Source: Phycisphaerales bacterium | Lineage (GTDB): Bacteria; Planctomycetota; Phycisphaerae; Phycisphaerales; UBA1924 | Assembly: GCA_028289195.1 (NCBI GenBank) | Contig: JANQQR010000004.1 | Location: forward strand, 1 to 39,699 | Direction: 5' to 3' | DNA length: 39,699 bases | Shown: positions 19,233 to 26,431 of the stretch, piece after piece | Position numbering within the stretch: position 1 is the first letter of the stretch | Layout: every line of letters starts with the position of its first letter | Translations under genes and position numbers: made by a program | The notes under the pieces: model-generated | What the model was told of the DNA's origin: nothing | The model's input: the letters and a program-made list of their open reading frames with translations, nothing else | Database searches by the model: none

Positions 19233-19577
19233 ATGCCGACCTACGAATACGTCTGCGCCAGCTGCGATCACGAGTTCGAAGAGTTCCAGGCGATGAGCGC
19301 CAAGCCGCTCAAGAAGTGCCCGGAGTGCGCCAAGCTCAAGCTGGAGCGCAAGATCGGCATCGGCGCCGGCGTCATCTTCAAGGGCGGCGGATTCTACGAG
19401 ACCGACTACCGCTCCGAGAGCTACAAGAAGGGCGCCGAGGCGGACAAGAAGACCTCGTCGGACGACAAGTCCAACGGCTCCGGCGCCGGTGGTGGGGGTG
19501 GTGGTTCGTGCGCCTGCGGCAAGAAGGCCGCGGACCAGTGCGCGGGCGCAAAGAAGGCGGCGGCGAAGAAGAAGTAG
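19233..19577 (+). CDS. FmdB-family zinc-ribbon protein (putative regulatory protein), 114 aa
   Basis: MPTYEYVCASCDHEFEEFQAMSAKPLKKCPECAK is the FmdB zinc-ribbon signature (CxxC...CPxC). Gly-rich, Lys-rich tail. The start lies 2 nt after the grpE stop, with AGGAG inside the end of grpE. Confidence 0.8.
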   Translation: MPTYEYVCASCDHEFEEFQAMSAKPLKKCPECAKLKLERKIGIGAGVIFKGGGFYETDYRSESYKKGAEADKKTSSDDKSNGSGAGGGGGGSCACGKKAADQCAGAKKAAAKKK

Positions 19578-19591
19578 CGCTCCGTCTCGAC

Positions 19592-20041
19592 ATGAACCCC
19601 TTCACGAAGAAGGCGATCCCAGAACTCGAACTGTGCCGCTCGGACTTCGAGCGGCGCGAGGCCCTCGGCCGCGCGCGAGGAAAGCCGGGTTTCGACCCGC
19701 TGCTGATCCTGTGGATGCTGTTCATCATCTCGGTCGCGGTCGGCGCCTGGCTGTTCACCTCGACCTTCCGCCCGCACTGGATGAACCAGACGACGACCAT
19801 CGTCATCCGCTTCGCGGTGCTCGCGCTGGCGGTGCCGGCGAGCTGGGTGAGCATGTGGATCGTCAGCAGCCGCCAGCGCCGCGTCGTGCGCGGGTACCTC
19901 ATCGAGCTCGGCGTGCCCGTCTGCCAGCATTGCGGCTACGACCTCGCCGGCGTTTCAGCGAACACCGAAGTGTGCCCCGAGTGCGGCCACGCGCTGGGGG
20001 AGCGCGAGCGGGCGCTGGTCAGCGAACCAAGCAACGAGTAG
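19592..20041 (+). CDS. Membrane protein (2 TM helices) with a C-terminal zinc ribbon C-x2-CGYDLAG...C-x-ECG
   Basis: ATG 19592 (MNPFTKK...). Hydrophobic helices LLILWMLFIISVAVGAWLF and IVIRFAVLALAVPASWVSMWIV. C-terminal CQHCGYDLAGVSANTEVCPECGHAL shares its motif with the N-terminal zinc ribbon of the gene at 11680. Confidence 0.65.
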   Translation: MNPFTKKAIPELELCRSDFERREALGRARGKPGFDPLLILWMLFIISVAVGAWLFTSTFRPHWMNQTTTIVIRFAVLALAVPASWVSMWIVSSRQRRVVRGYLIELGVPVCQHCGYDLAGVSANTEVCPECGHALGERERALVSEPSNE

Positions 20042-20127
20042 TCCGGCGCGCGTTGGACGAATGGATCGACTCACACGCTGTGCGATCCCATGCTCGCGCC
20101 CGCGGACGGGCGTGAGCATGCCACCCG

Positions 20128-20175
20128 CCCCTCTGCCCCTCTGCCCCTTTGCCCCTCTGCCCCTCTGCCCCTTAC
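20128..20175. repeat. 8-bp tandem microsatellite (CCCCTCTG), about 6 copies (one variant CCCCTTTG), immediately upstream of acpS
   Basis: Directly visible: cccctctg cccctctg cccctttg cccctctg cccctctg ccccttac. It ends 10 nt before the acpS ATG (20185). Confidence 0.85.
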
Positions 20176-20184
20176 CTTCACCTC

Positions 20185-20574
20185 ATGCCCCTCTCCCACG
20201 GCATCGACATCGTCGAGGTCGCGCGCATCGAGGAACTCGTCGGCTCGTCCGGCGCGCGGTTCCTCGAACGCTGCTTCACGCCCGCGGAGCGCGCCTACGC
20301 CGACGCCGACTCCAGGCGGCGCTTCGAGAAACTCGCGGCACGCTTTGCGGCCAAGGAGGCCGCGTTCAAGGCGCTGGGCACCGGTTGGGCCATGGGCGTG
20401 GGCTGGACCGACATCGAGGTCACGCGCGACGATGCCGGGCGCCCCGGCCTGCTCGTCAGCGGCAAGGCGGCGGAGGTCGCCTCCGGCCTCGGGATCGAGT
20501 CATGGTCGGTCTCGCTCAGCCACACCGAGACCCACGCCGTGGCCTCGGTGATCGCCTTCTCCGGGCAGGGGTAG
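20185..20574 (+). CDS. acpS: Holo-[acyl-carrier-protein] synthase (4'-phosphopantetheinyl transferase)
   Basis: MPLSHGIDIVEVARIEELV...FAAKEAAFKALG...WSVSLSHTETHAVASVIA is AcpS-like (about 129 aa). Confidence 0.85.
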   Translation: MPLSHGIDIVEVARIEELVGSSGARFLERCFTPAERAYADADSRRRFEKLAARFAAKEAAFKALGTGWAMGVGWTDIEVTRDDAGRPGLLVSGKAAEVASGLGIESWSVSLSHTETHAVASVIAFSGQG

Positions 20575-20630
20575 GGGTTCGCCGCCGACTATTTGCCCGG
20601 CGGGCGGGAACGGCCGATAATCTCTGGCAG

Positions 20631-21656
20631 ATGCTGAAGCGGGACAAGAACGCCCCGGTTCTCTACGAACTCATCCGGAATCGGCAAGGATCGCCGCCCT
20701 CGACGTCCGCTGCCGATGACCAGCAGCCGGACGAGAAGACGTCGCCGCGCGCCGGCGATTCCAACGGCTCTGCCACCAAGACCAAGAAGGCCCCCCCGGC
20801 CAAGCGTCCGCCCCCCGAGCCCGAGTACGAGGCCGAGGAGGAGGAACTCGAGGACGGGTACGAATACGAAGAGGTCGACGTCCTCGATGAGGATGAAGAC
20901 GACGAGGAGTACGCCGAGGCCGAAGACGGCGTCGAGTACGAGTACGAGGAAGAAGAGGACGAGGACGAAGACGACCCCGAGCCGGCGCTCGAAGCCTCTG
21001 AAGCGGATGTCGAGTACGACGACGACGACGAAGACCCGGCCACGCTCACCAAGCTGAGCCCGGGCCAGGCCGTGCGGATCCCCGTCGGCTACGTCGGGAT
21101 CGGCCTCGCGATCGCCGCGATCGTCGTGGTGGGGGCCTACGTCGCCGGCTACAAGAAGCGCGAGTCGCTGGCCGACGCAGAACGCCGGGCCGAGGCCGAG
21201 CGCCTGCTCGACCAGACCGCCGACCCGCTCGTGGCGCTCTCGCCGGGGTCAGCCGCTGCCGCCGAGACGACCGCCCCGGTGACCCGGACGCCCGCCCGGG
21301 CCTCGAATCCGGCCCCGCAACCCCGGAAACTGCTCCACATCGTGACCGCCCCGGGCGACGACCCCCGCCAGGAGGGGCTGAACTACCTGGTGGTGGCCAC
21401 GCTGCCCACAGACGAGGCCCGGAAGGCGGGGGAATTCCTCGTCAGCCGCGGGCTTGAGATTGCGCTCGTTTCCATCAATAATCGCTCCTCGCGCCAGGAG
21501 GTGGTGGTGCTCCAGGGTCTGACCCGAGAGCAGTTCCGCCAGGCTCAGGGAACCCAGCTCGAGCAGCTGGTGAGCCAGCTGGGGCGCGAGTACCGCCGCG
21601 ACCATCGCGGCATCGAGTTCTACGACGTGTACTGGAAGAAGTACACGACCGGGTAA
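20631..21656 (+). CDS. Hypothetical single-pass membrane protein with a long acidic low-complexity N-terminal region and a possible SPOR-like C-terminal domain
   Basis: An E/D/Y-rich stretch (EYEAEEEELEDGYEYEEVDVLDEDEDDEEY...). TM helix IGLAIAAIVVVGAYVAGY. The C-terminal about 100 aa has an alternating beta-alpha pattern (NYLVVATLPTDEARKAGEFLVSRGLEIALVSI...VVVLQGLTREQFRQAQ). High GC3. Confidence 0.65.
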   Translation: MLKRDKNAPVLYELIRNRQGSPPSTSAADDQQPDEKTSPRAGDSNGSATKTKKAPPAKRPPPEPEYEAEEEELEDGYEYEEVDVLDEDEDDEEYAEAEDGVEYEYEEEEDEDEDDPEPALEASEADVEYDDDDEDPATLTKLSPGQAVRIPVGYVGIGLAIAAIVVVGAYVAGYKKRESLADAERRAEAERLLDQTADPLVALSPGSAAAAETTAPVTRTPARASNPAPQPRKLLHIVTAPGDDPRQEGLNYLVVATLPTDEARKAGEFLVSRGLEIALVSINNRSSRQEVVVLQGLTREQFRQAQGTQLEQLVSQLGREYRRDHRGIEFYDVYWKKYTTG

Positions 21657-21743
21657 GAGCCCCGCTCCCCACCGGTGTAGATGACGACAGAGCGATTCAC
21701 CCGCCCCCTCGACAGAAGGCGGACCGGAACAGGAGCGACGACG

Positions 21744-21920
21744 ATGAGCCTCGATCCTTCATTGAAGACCAAAGGCGGCCTTGCTTTCCATCGCAACGTG
21801 CTGAAGCGCGGCGAGCGCATCGAGCGCCTCAAGGAATCCAAGAACTTCGACCCCGATGCCAAGCCCGTGCTCGGTCTGCAGAAGACCGGCAATCGCAAGG
21901 TTTCAATCGGCAAGAAGTAA
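21744..21920 (+). CDS. Small basic protein (58 aa), hypothetical
   Basis: ATG with an AGGAG SD 8 nt upstream. MSLDPSLKTKGGLAFHRNVLKRGERIERLKESKNFDPDAKPVLGLQKTGNRKVSIGKK. 12 nt upstream of the aminotransferase gene on the same strand. Confidence 0.55.
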   Translation: MSLDPSLKTKGGLAFHRNVLKRGERIERLKESKNFDPDAKPVLGLQKTGNRKVSIGKK

Positions 21921-21932
21921 CCCGCTCCGGCC

Positions 21933-23186
21933 ATGGCTGATTCAACCTTGAGCACGAATCCCCCGGCAGGCGCCGGGGCCCAAGGCGGTCGTCTGGACGT
22001 CGACGCCCTGATCTCGGACCGGTGCAACCACCTGGGCCCGTCGGGCATCCGCAAGATCTTCGAGGTCGCGGCGACGCTGCGCGACCCGATCAACCTCTCG
22101 ATCGGCCAGCCCGACTTCCCGGTTCCCGTGGAGGTCAAGGAAGCCGCGGTCGAGGCGATCAACGCCGACCACAACGGCTACACGCTCAGCGCCGGCATCC
22201 CGGCGCTCCGGCGTCGCATCGGCGAGCACCTGGCGCACGACATCGGCTGGTCCAACGTCGGCGCGCCCGACTCGGACACCGGCCTCATCGTCACGACGGG
22301 AACGTCCGGCGCGATCCACATCCTGATGATGGCGATCCTCTCGCCCGGCGACGAGATCATCATCGGCGACCCGTACTTCGTGGCCTACCCGCACATGGCA
22401 TCGGTGAGCGGGGGGGTGGCGGTCCGCTGCCCGATGTACCCCGACTTCCGCATGACGGCCGAGCGGGTCGAGCCGCTCATCACCGAGCGCACCAAGGCGG
22501 TGATGCTCAACTCGCCGGGGAACCCCTCCGGTGTCGTGATGACGCGCCGCGAGTGCGAGGACGTGCTGGATCTCTGCCGCGCCAAGGGTGTGCTGCTGAT
22601 CTCGGATGAGATCTACGACGAGTTCACCTACCGTGATGCGCGAGAGCCGGCCGGCCTGGCGGGCAACGACGATCCGCGCTGCCCGAGCCCCTGCCGCGTG
22701 CCGGGCTCGGAGTCCGACGTGCTGCTGATCCGCGGCTTCGGCAAGACCTACGGCTGCACAGGGTGGCGCATGGGCTACGCCGCGGGCCCGCGCAGGCTGA
22801 TCGAAGAGATGACGAAGATGCAGCAGTACAGCTTCGTCTGTGCGCCCGCGCCGCTGCAGCACGCCTGCGTGAAGACCTTCGATGTGGACATGATGCCGAC
22901 CGTGGACCGCTTTCAGAAGCGCCGCGACTACGTGCTCGAGTCCCTGCGTCCCCACGCACGGATCGAGACCCCGGGCGGCGCGTTCTACGCGTTCATCGAG
23001 CTGCCCGAGAAGCTCGGCATGACCGGCACCGAGTTCTCCCACAAGGCCATGGAGCGCAACCTCGTGTGCATCCCGGGCGCTGTATTCAGCGACCAGGACA
23101 CCCATATCCGCATCAGCTTCGCCGTCGACGACGTGAAGCTCGAGCGGGGCATGCAGATCCTCGCGGAGCTGCTAGCCGGCGGATAA
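21933..23186 (+). CDS. Class I/II pyridoxal-phosphate-dependent aminotransferase
   Basis: Aminotransferase class I fold motifs: NSPGNPSGVV, ISDEIYDEF, and RGFGKTYGCTGWRMGY (PLP-lysine region). Confidence 0.85.
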   Translation: MADSTLSTNPPAGAGAQGGRLDVDALISDRCNHLGPSGIRKIFEVAATLRDPINLSIGQPDFPVPVEVKEAAVEAINADHNGYTLSAGIPALRRRIGEHLAHDIGWSNVGAPDSDTGLIVTTGTSGAIHILMMAILSPGDEIIIGDPYFVAYPHMASVSGGVAVRCPMYPDFRMTAERVEPLITERTKAVMLNSPGNPSGVVMTRRECEDVLDLCRAKGVLLISDEIYDEFTYRDAREPAGLAGNDDPRCPSPCRVPGSESDVLLIRGFGKTYGCTGWRMGYAAGPRRLIEEMTKMQQYSFVCAPAPLQHACVKTFDVDMMPTVDRFQKRRDYVLESLRPHARIETPGGAFYAFIELPEKLGMTGTEFSHKAMERNLVCIPGAVFSDQDTHIRISFAVDDVKLERGMQILAELLAGG

Positions 23187-23317
23187 GTGAATGAAGACCG
23201 GCGCAGCCCCCAGTGGGCGGCGCTTCTAGAGTTTGTTTCCGGGAGCGGGCCGCTCCGGGCGCCGTGGGCCCGGGACAGGCGATGAGAGCAGGCGACGAGA
23301 CGAGAGGAGCAACAGCA

Positions 23318-24370
23318 ATGGCGATTCGTATCGGGATCAACGGGTTCGGCAGGATCGGGCGTCTGGTGTACAGGATCGGGTTCGACCGCGACATCGAGAT
23401 CGTGGCCGTCAACGACCTCGTGCCCGCCGACAACCTCGCGTACCTGCTCAAGTACGACACCATGCACGGGCGCTTCGATCACGACATCGCCGCCGGCGAC
23501 AACCAGTTCAGCGTCGACGGCAAGGTCACCAAGACCTTCAGCGAGCGCGACCCCGCGGCCATCCGCTGGGGCGACCTCGGCGTCGACTACGTGCTCGAGT
23601 CCACCGGCCTGTTTACGACGCTCGAGGACGCCCGCAAGCACATCGACGGCGGCGGCGCCCAGCGCGTGCTGATCTCGGCCCCGACCAAGAGCACCCCGGA
23701 CGAGGTCCCGACAATGTGCCTCGGTGTCAACGCCGACAGCTACGACCCGGCCAAGCACAAGGTCGTCTCCAACGCCTCGTGCACAACCAACTGCCTCGCG
23801 CCGGTCGCCAAGGTCATCAACGACGAGTTCGGCCTCGAGGAAGGCCTGATGACCACCGTCCACGCCGCCACCGCGACACAGCCGACCCAGGACGGCCCCA
23901 GCAAGAAGGACTGGCGCGGCGGACGCAACGCCTACCAGAACATCATCCCGGCCTCGACCGGCGCCGCCAAGGCCGTCACGCTGTGCATCCCCTCGCTCAA
24001 GGGCAAGATCACCGGCATGGCCTTCCGAGTGCCGACGGCCGACGTGTCCTGCGTCGACCTCACGTTCAAGACCGCCAAGGACACCAGCCTCAGCGCGATC
24101 AACGCCGCGATGAAGGCCGCCAGCGAGAACTCGATGAAGGGTGTGCTGGGCTACACCGAAGAGGCCGTGGTCTCGAGCGACTTCGTCGGCGACGGCCACA
24201 GCTCGATCTTCGACGCCGGCGCGGGCATCGAGCTCAACAGCCGGTTCTTCAAGGTCGTGTCGTGGTATGACAACGAGGCGGGCTACGCGACGCGCTGCGT
24301 GGACATGCTCCGTATGTTTGCCGCCAAGGACGGCGCCCAGGTGGGCTCCGAGGCCCTGGCGGGCGTCTAG
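23318..24370 (+). CDS. gap: Type I glyceraldehyde-3-phosphate dehydrogenase
   Basis: [17 protein letters not shown] (NAD-binding) and the catalytic [10 protein letters not shown]. Start re-anchored to ATG 23318, with a GAGGAG SD 9 nt upstream. Confidence 0.95.
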   Translation: MAIRIGINGFGRIGRLVYRIGFDRDIEIVAVNDLVPADNLAYLLKYDTMHGRFDHDIAAGDNQFSVDGKVTKTFSERDPAAIRWGDLGVDYVLESTGLFTTLEDARKHIDGGGAQRVLISAPTKSTPDEVPTMCLGVNADSYDPAKHKVVSNASCTTNCLAPVAKVINDEFGLEEGLMTTVHAATATQPTQDGPSKKDWRGGRNAYQNIIPASTGAAKAVTLCIPSLKGKITGMAFRVPTADVSCVDLTFKTAKDTSLSAINAAMKAASENSMKGVLGYTEEAVVSSDFVGDGHSSIFDAGAGIELNSRFFKVVSWYDNEAGYATRCVDMLRMFAAKDGAQVGSEALAGV

Positions 24371-24427
24371 CCAACGCTAACTTACGTAGATATCGGTCGT
24401 TGGAGCGAACGCCGCGCGCCCGGCTTC

Positions 24428-24438
24428 CCAATAATTGG
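24428..24438. promoter_or_regulatory. AT-rich perfect palindrome CCAATAATTGG in the gapA to flotillin intergenic region (candidate operator)
   Basis: 11-bp odd palindrome in 68% GC DNA. It is followed by a structured leader (7-bp stem gcgcggc/gccgcgc at 24510-24535). Confidence 0.25.
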
Positions 24439-24609
24439 TGACGTCGGAAAGCGAGCCCCGAAAGCACTTCGAGGGCGCTCCCATGAGGCGGGCGCTCGCT
24501 CTCCGTAACGCGCGGCACGGGGTGTACCGCCGCGCTTCCGAATGTTCGGCATCAGCCCGGGGCACGACGGCCCTCATCGGTCCGGCGCTGATGGTTCGAG
24601 GAGAACGCT

Positions 24610-26262
24610 ATGGCTCTGTTGTCAATGGCGGTGGGTGTCGTTCTCGCCGTGATGATCCTGGGAACGATCCCCAAGGTGAAGGGCGCCCCGCTCAAGGGCG
24701 CCGTCGCCGGCGCCGCGCTGCTCGTGCTCATCGGCGGCGTCGTGCTCGGCTCGGTGCGCTTCGTGCCGGCCAGCAAGGTCGGTGTGGTGATCAAGAACGC
24801 CATGTCGGCGAAGCTGCCGGCGGGGCAGATCATCGCCACGAGCGGCGAGATGGGCCCGCAGGCAAGAATCCTGCCCCCCGGCTGGCACTTCGGGTACTGG
24901 CCGGTGATTTACGACATCGATCTGTTCCCGGTGCAGGAGATCCCCCAGGGCCAGGTCGGCCTGCTGATCGCCCAGGACGGGCGCCCGCTGCCGCCCGGCC
25001 AGATCTACGCGCCCGAGTGGGGCGAGGCAGAGTTCCAGTCCATGCTGACGGCCGAGCACTTCCTCGGCGAGGGCGGCGGGTTCAAGGGCCCGCAGGCCTC
25101 CGTGCTGACCCCGGGTAAGTACCGCATCAACCCGCGCCTGTTCCAGATCGAGATCCTGCCTGTGACCAACATCCCGCAGGCAACGGTCGGCGTGGTGAAG
25201 TCCAACGTCGGGGCGCTCGCATCGCAGGACGGCGCCGCGACCCGCGTCGTCGAGGTTGGCGATCGCGGCATCTGGCGCGTGCCCTTCGAGCCCCAGCAGC
25301 TGTACCTGCACTCGAAGGCGTACGAGGTGACGCGCATCTCGACCGAGCTGCGCACCGTCCGCTACACGAAGGGCGCACGCTCGAGCGCCGACGGCGGGGA
25401 CGAGCAGCGCGAGATCACGGTGCGTTCCAGCGACGGCTTCACGTTCCCCGTCGACGTGCGCATCGAGTACCAGATCACACCGGCCGACGCCCCGCTCGTG
25501 GTGGCAAACTTCACCAACGACGGCGGCAAGCTCAAGGACCGACTGAACTCGGTCGTCCGTTCGGTGTTCCGCAACAACGCCGAGAGCGTCAAGGCGCTCG
25601 ACTACGTGCGCCAGCGCTCCCAGCAGGAGTCGCAGTCGCTGACGGCGATCCGGAGCCAGATGGGCGAGTTCGGCGTCACGGTCACGGCTGTGCGCATCGG
25701 CGACGTCGGCGATGCCGAGACCCTCGGCGATCTGCTCAAGACGCAGACCGATCGCGAGATCGCGCTGCAGCAGCAGCTGACCTTCCAGGAGCAGCAGCGT
25801 GCCGCCGAGCAGCGCAAGGCGCTCACACGCACGCAGCAGGAGGCCGAGGAAGAGAAACGCCTCGCGACCGCCACCTACGAGGTGCAGATCGCCGAGGAGC
25901 AGAAGCAGCAGCGGATTATCGGCGCCAGCGCTGAGGCCGAGTCGATCCGGATCCGTGCCGAGGCCCAGGCCCAGGCGTTCCGCGAGATCGCCTCGCAGAT
26001 CGGCTCGGGCAACGCGGCGCTGCTCGAAATGCTTAAGGTCATCGGCGCCGACGGCATCCAGATCACGCCCCGGGTCATGGTCACCGGGGGCGGTGGCGCG
26101 GATGCGGGCCAAGCGACGCCCGCATCGGCCGAGACGGTCGCTCTTATCGGCACCATGCTCGACTCGATGATCGAACGCGAGCGTTCGGGCGACAACGACG
26201 GGGCCGCGCCCCGCGCGAGCGCCCGCGAGCCCGAAGCGGCCGGGGCGCCCAACACCCCATAG
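24610..26262 (+). CDS. SPFH/Band-7 domain protein, flotillin-like (550 aa)
   Basis: N-terminal TM helix, then an SPFH domain, then a long coiled-coil with EA/EQ-rich repeats (QQQLTFQEQQRAAEQRKALTRTQQEAEEEKRLATATYEVQIAEEQKQQRIIGASAEAESIRIRAEAQAQAFREIA), typical of flotillins. GAGGAG SD. Confidence 0.85.
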   Translation: MALLSMAVGVVLAVMILGTIPKVKGAPLKGAVAGAALLVLIGGVVLGSVRFVPASKVGVVIKNAMSAKLPAGQIIATSGEMGPQARILPPGWHFGYWPVIYDIDLFPVQEIPQGQVGLLIAQDGRPLPPGQIYAPEWGEAEFQSMLTAEHFLGEGGGFKGPQASVLTPGKYRINPRLFQIEILPVTNIPQATVGVVKSNVGALASQDGAATRVVEVGDRGIWRVPFEPQQLYLHSKAYEVTRISTELRTVRYTKGARSSADGGDEQREITVRSSDGFTFPVDVRIEYQITPADAPLVVANFTNDGGKLKDRLNSVVRSVFRNNAESVKALDYVRQRSQQESQSLTAIRSQMGEFGVTVTAVRIGDVGDAETLGDLLKTQTDREIALQQQLTFQEQQRAAEQRKALTRTQQEAEEEKRLATATYEVQIAEEQKQQRIIGASAEAESIRIRAEAQAQAFREIASQIGSGNAALLEMLKVIGADGIQITPRVMVTGGGGADAGQATPASAETVALIGTMLDSMIERERSGDNDGAAPRASAREPEAAGAPNTP

Positions 26263-26301
26263 GGTGGTGCCGACCAGATTCGTGAACGTGTGACTACGCC
26301 G

Positions 26302-26331
26302 ACGGGCGAGGGGAACCCCCTCGCCCGTCTT
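26302..26331 (+). terminator. GC-rich perfect 12-bp hairpin after the flotillin-like gene (terminator-like, poor U-tract)
   Basis: acgggcgagggg/cccctcgcccgt (26302-26313 pairing 26317-26328) with a 3-nt loop, followed by cTTg. Confidence 0.45.
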
Positions 26332-26431
26332 GCGAATAGGCCTCCGGCTCGCGCCTTTCGGAACTCGCCGTGCTCGTTCGTGGGGCAGGTGTTTGTACTG
26401 TGTTTGGGAGCGTGCCGAGGGCCTTTGCCGC

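Noticed and set aside
20613-20620. Exact GCCGATAA (sigma28 -10 consensus) 10 nt before the acidic-protein ATG
   Set aside because: It is too close to the start codon to serve as a -10 for that gene, and no TAAA -35 lies at 15-nt spacing. Kept only as a note in the findings.
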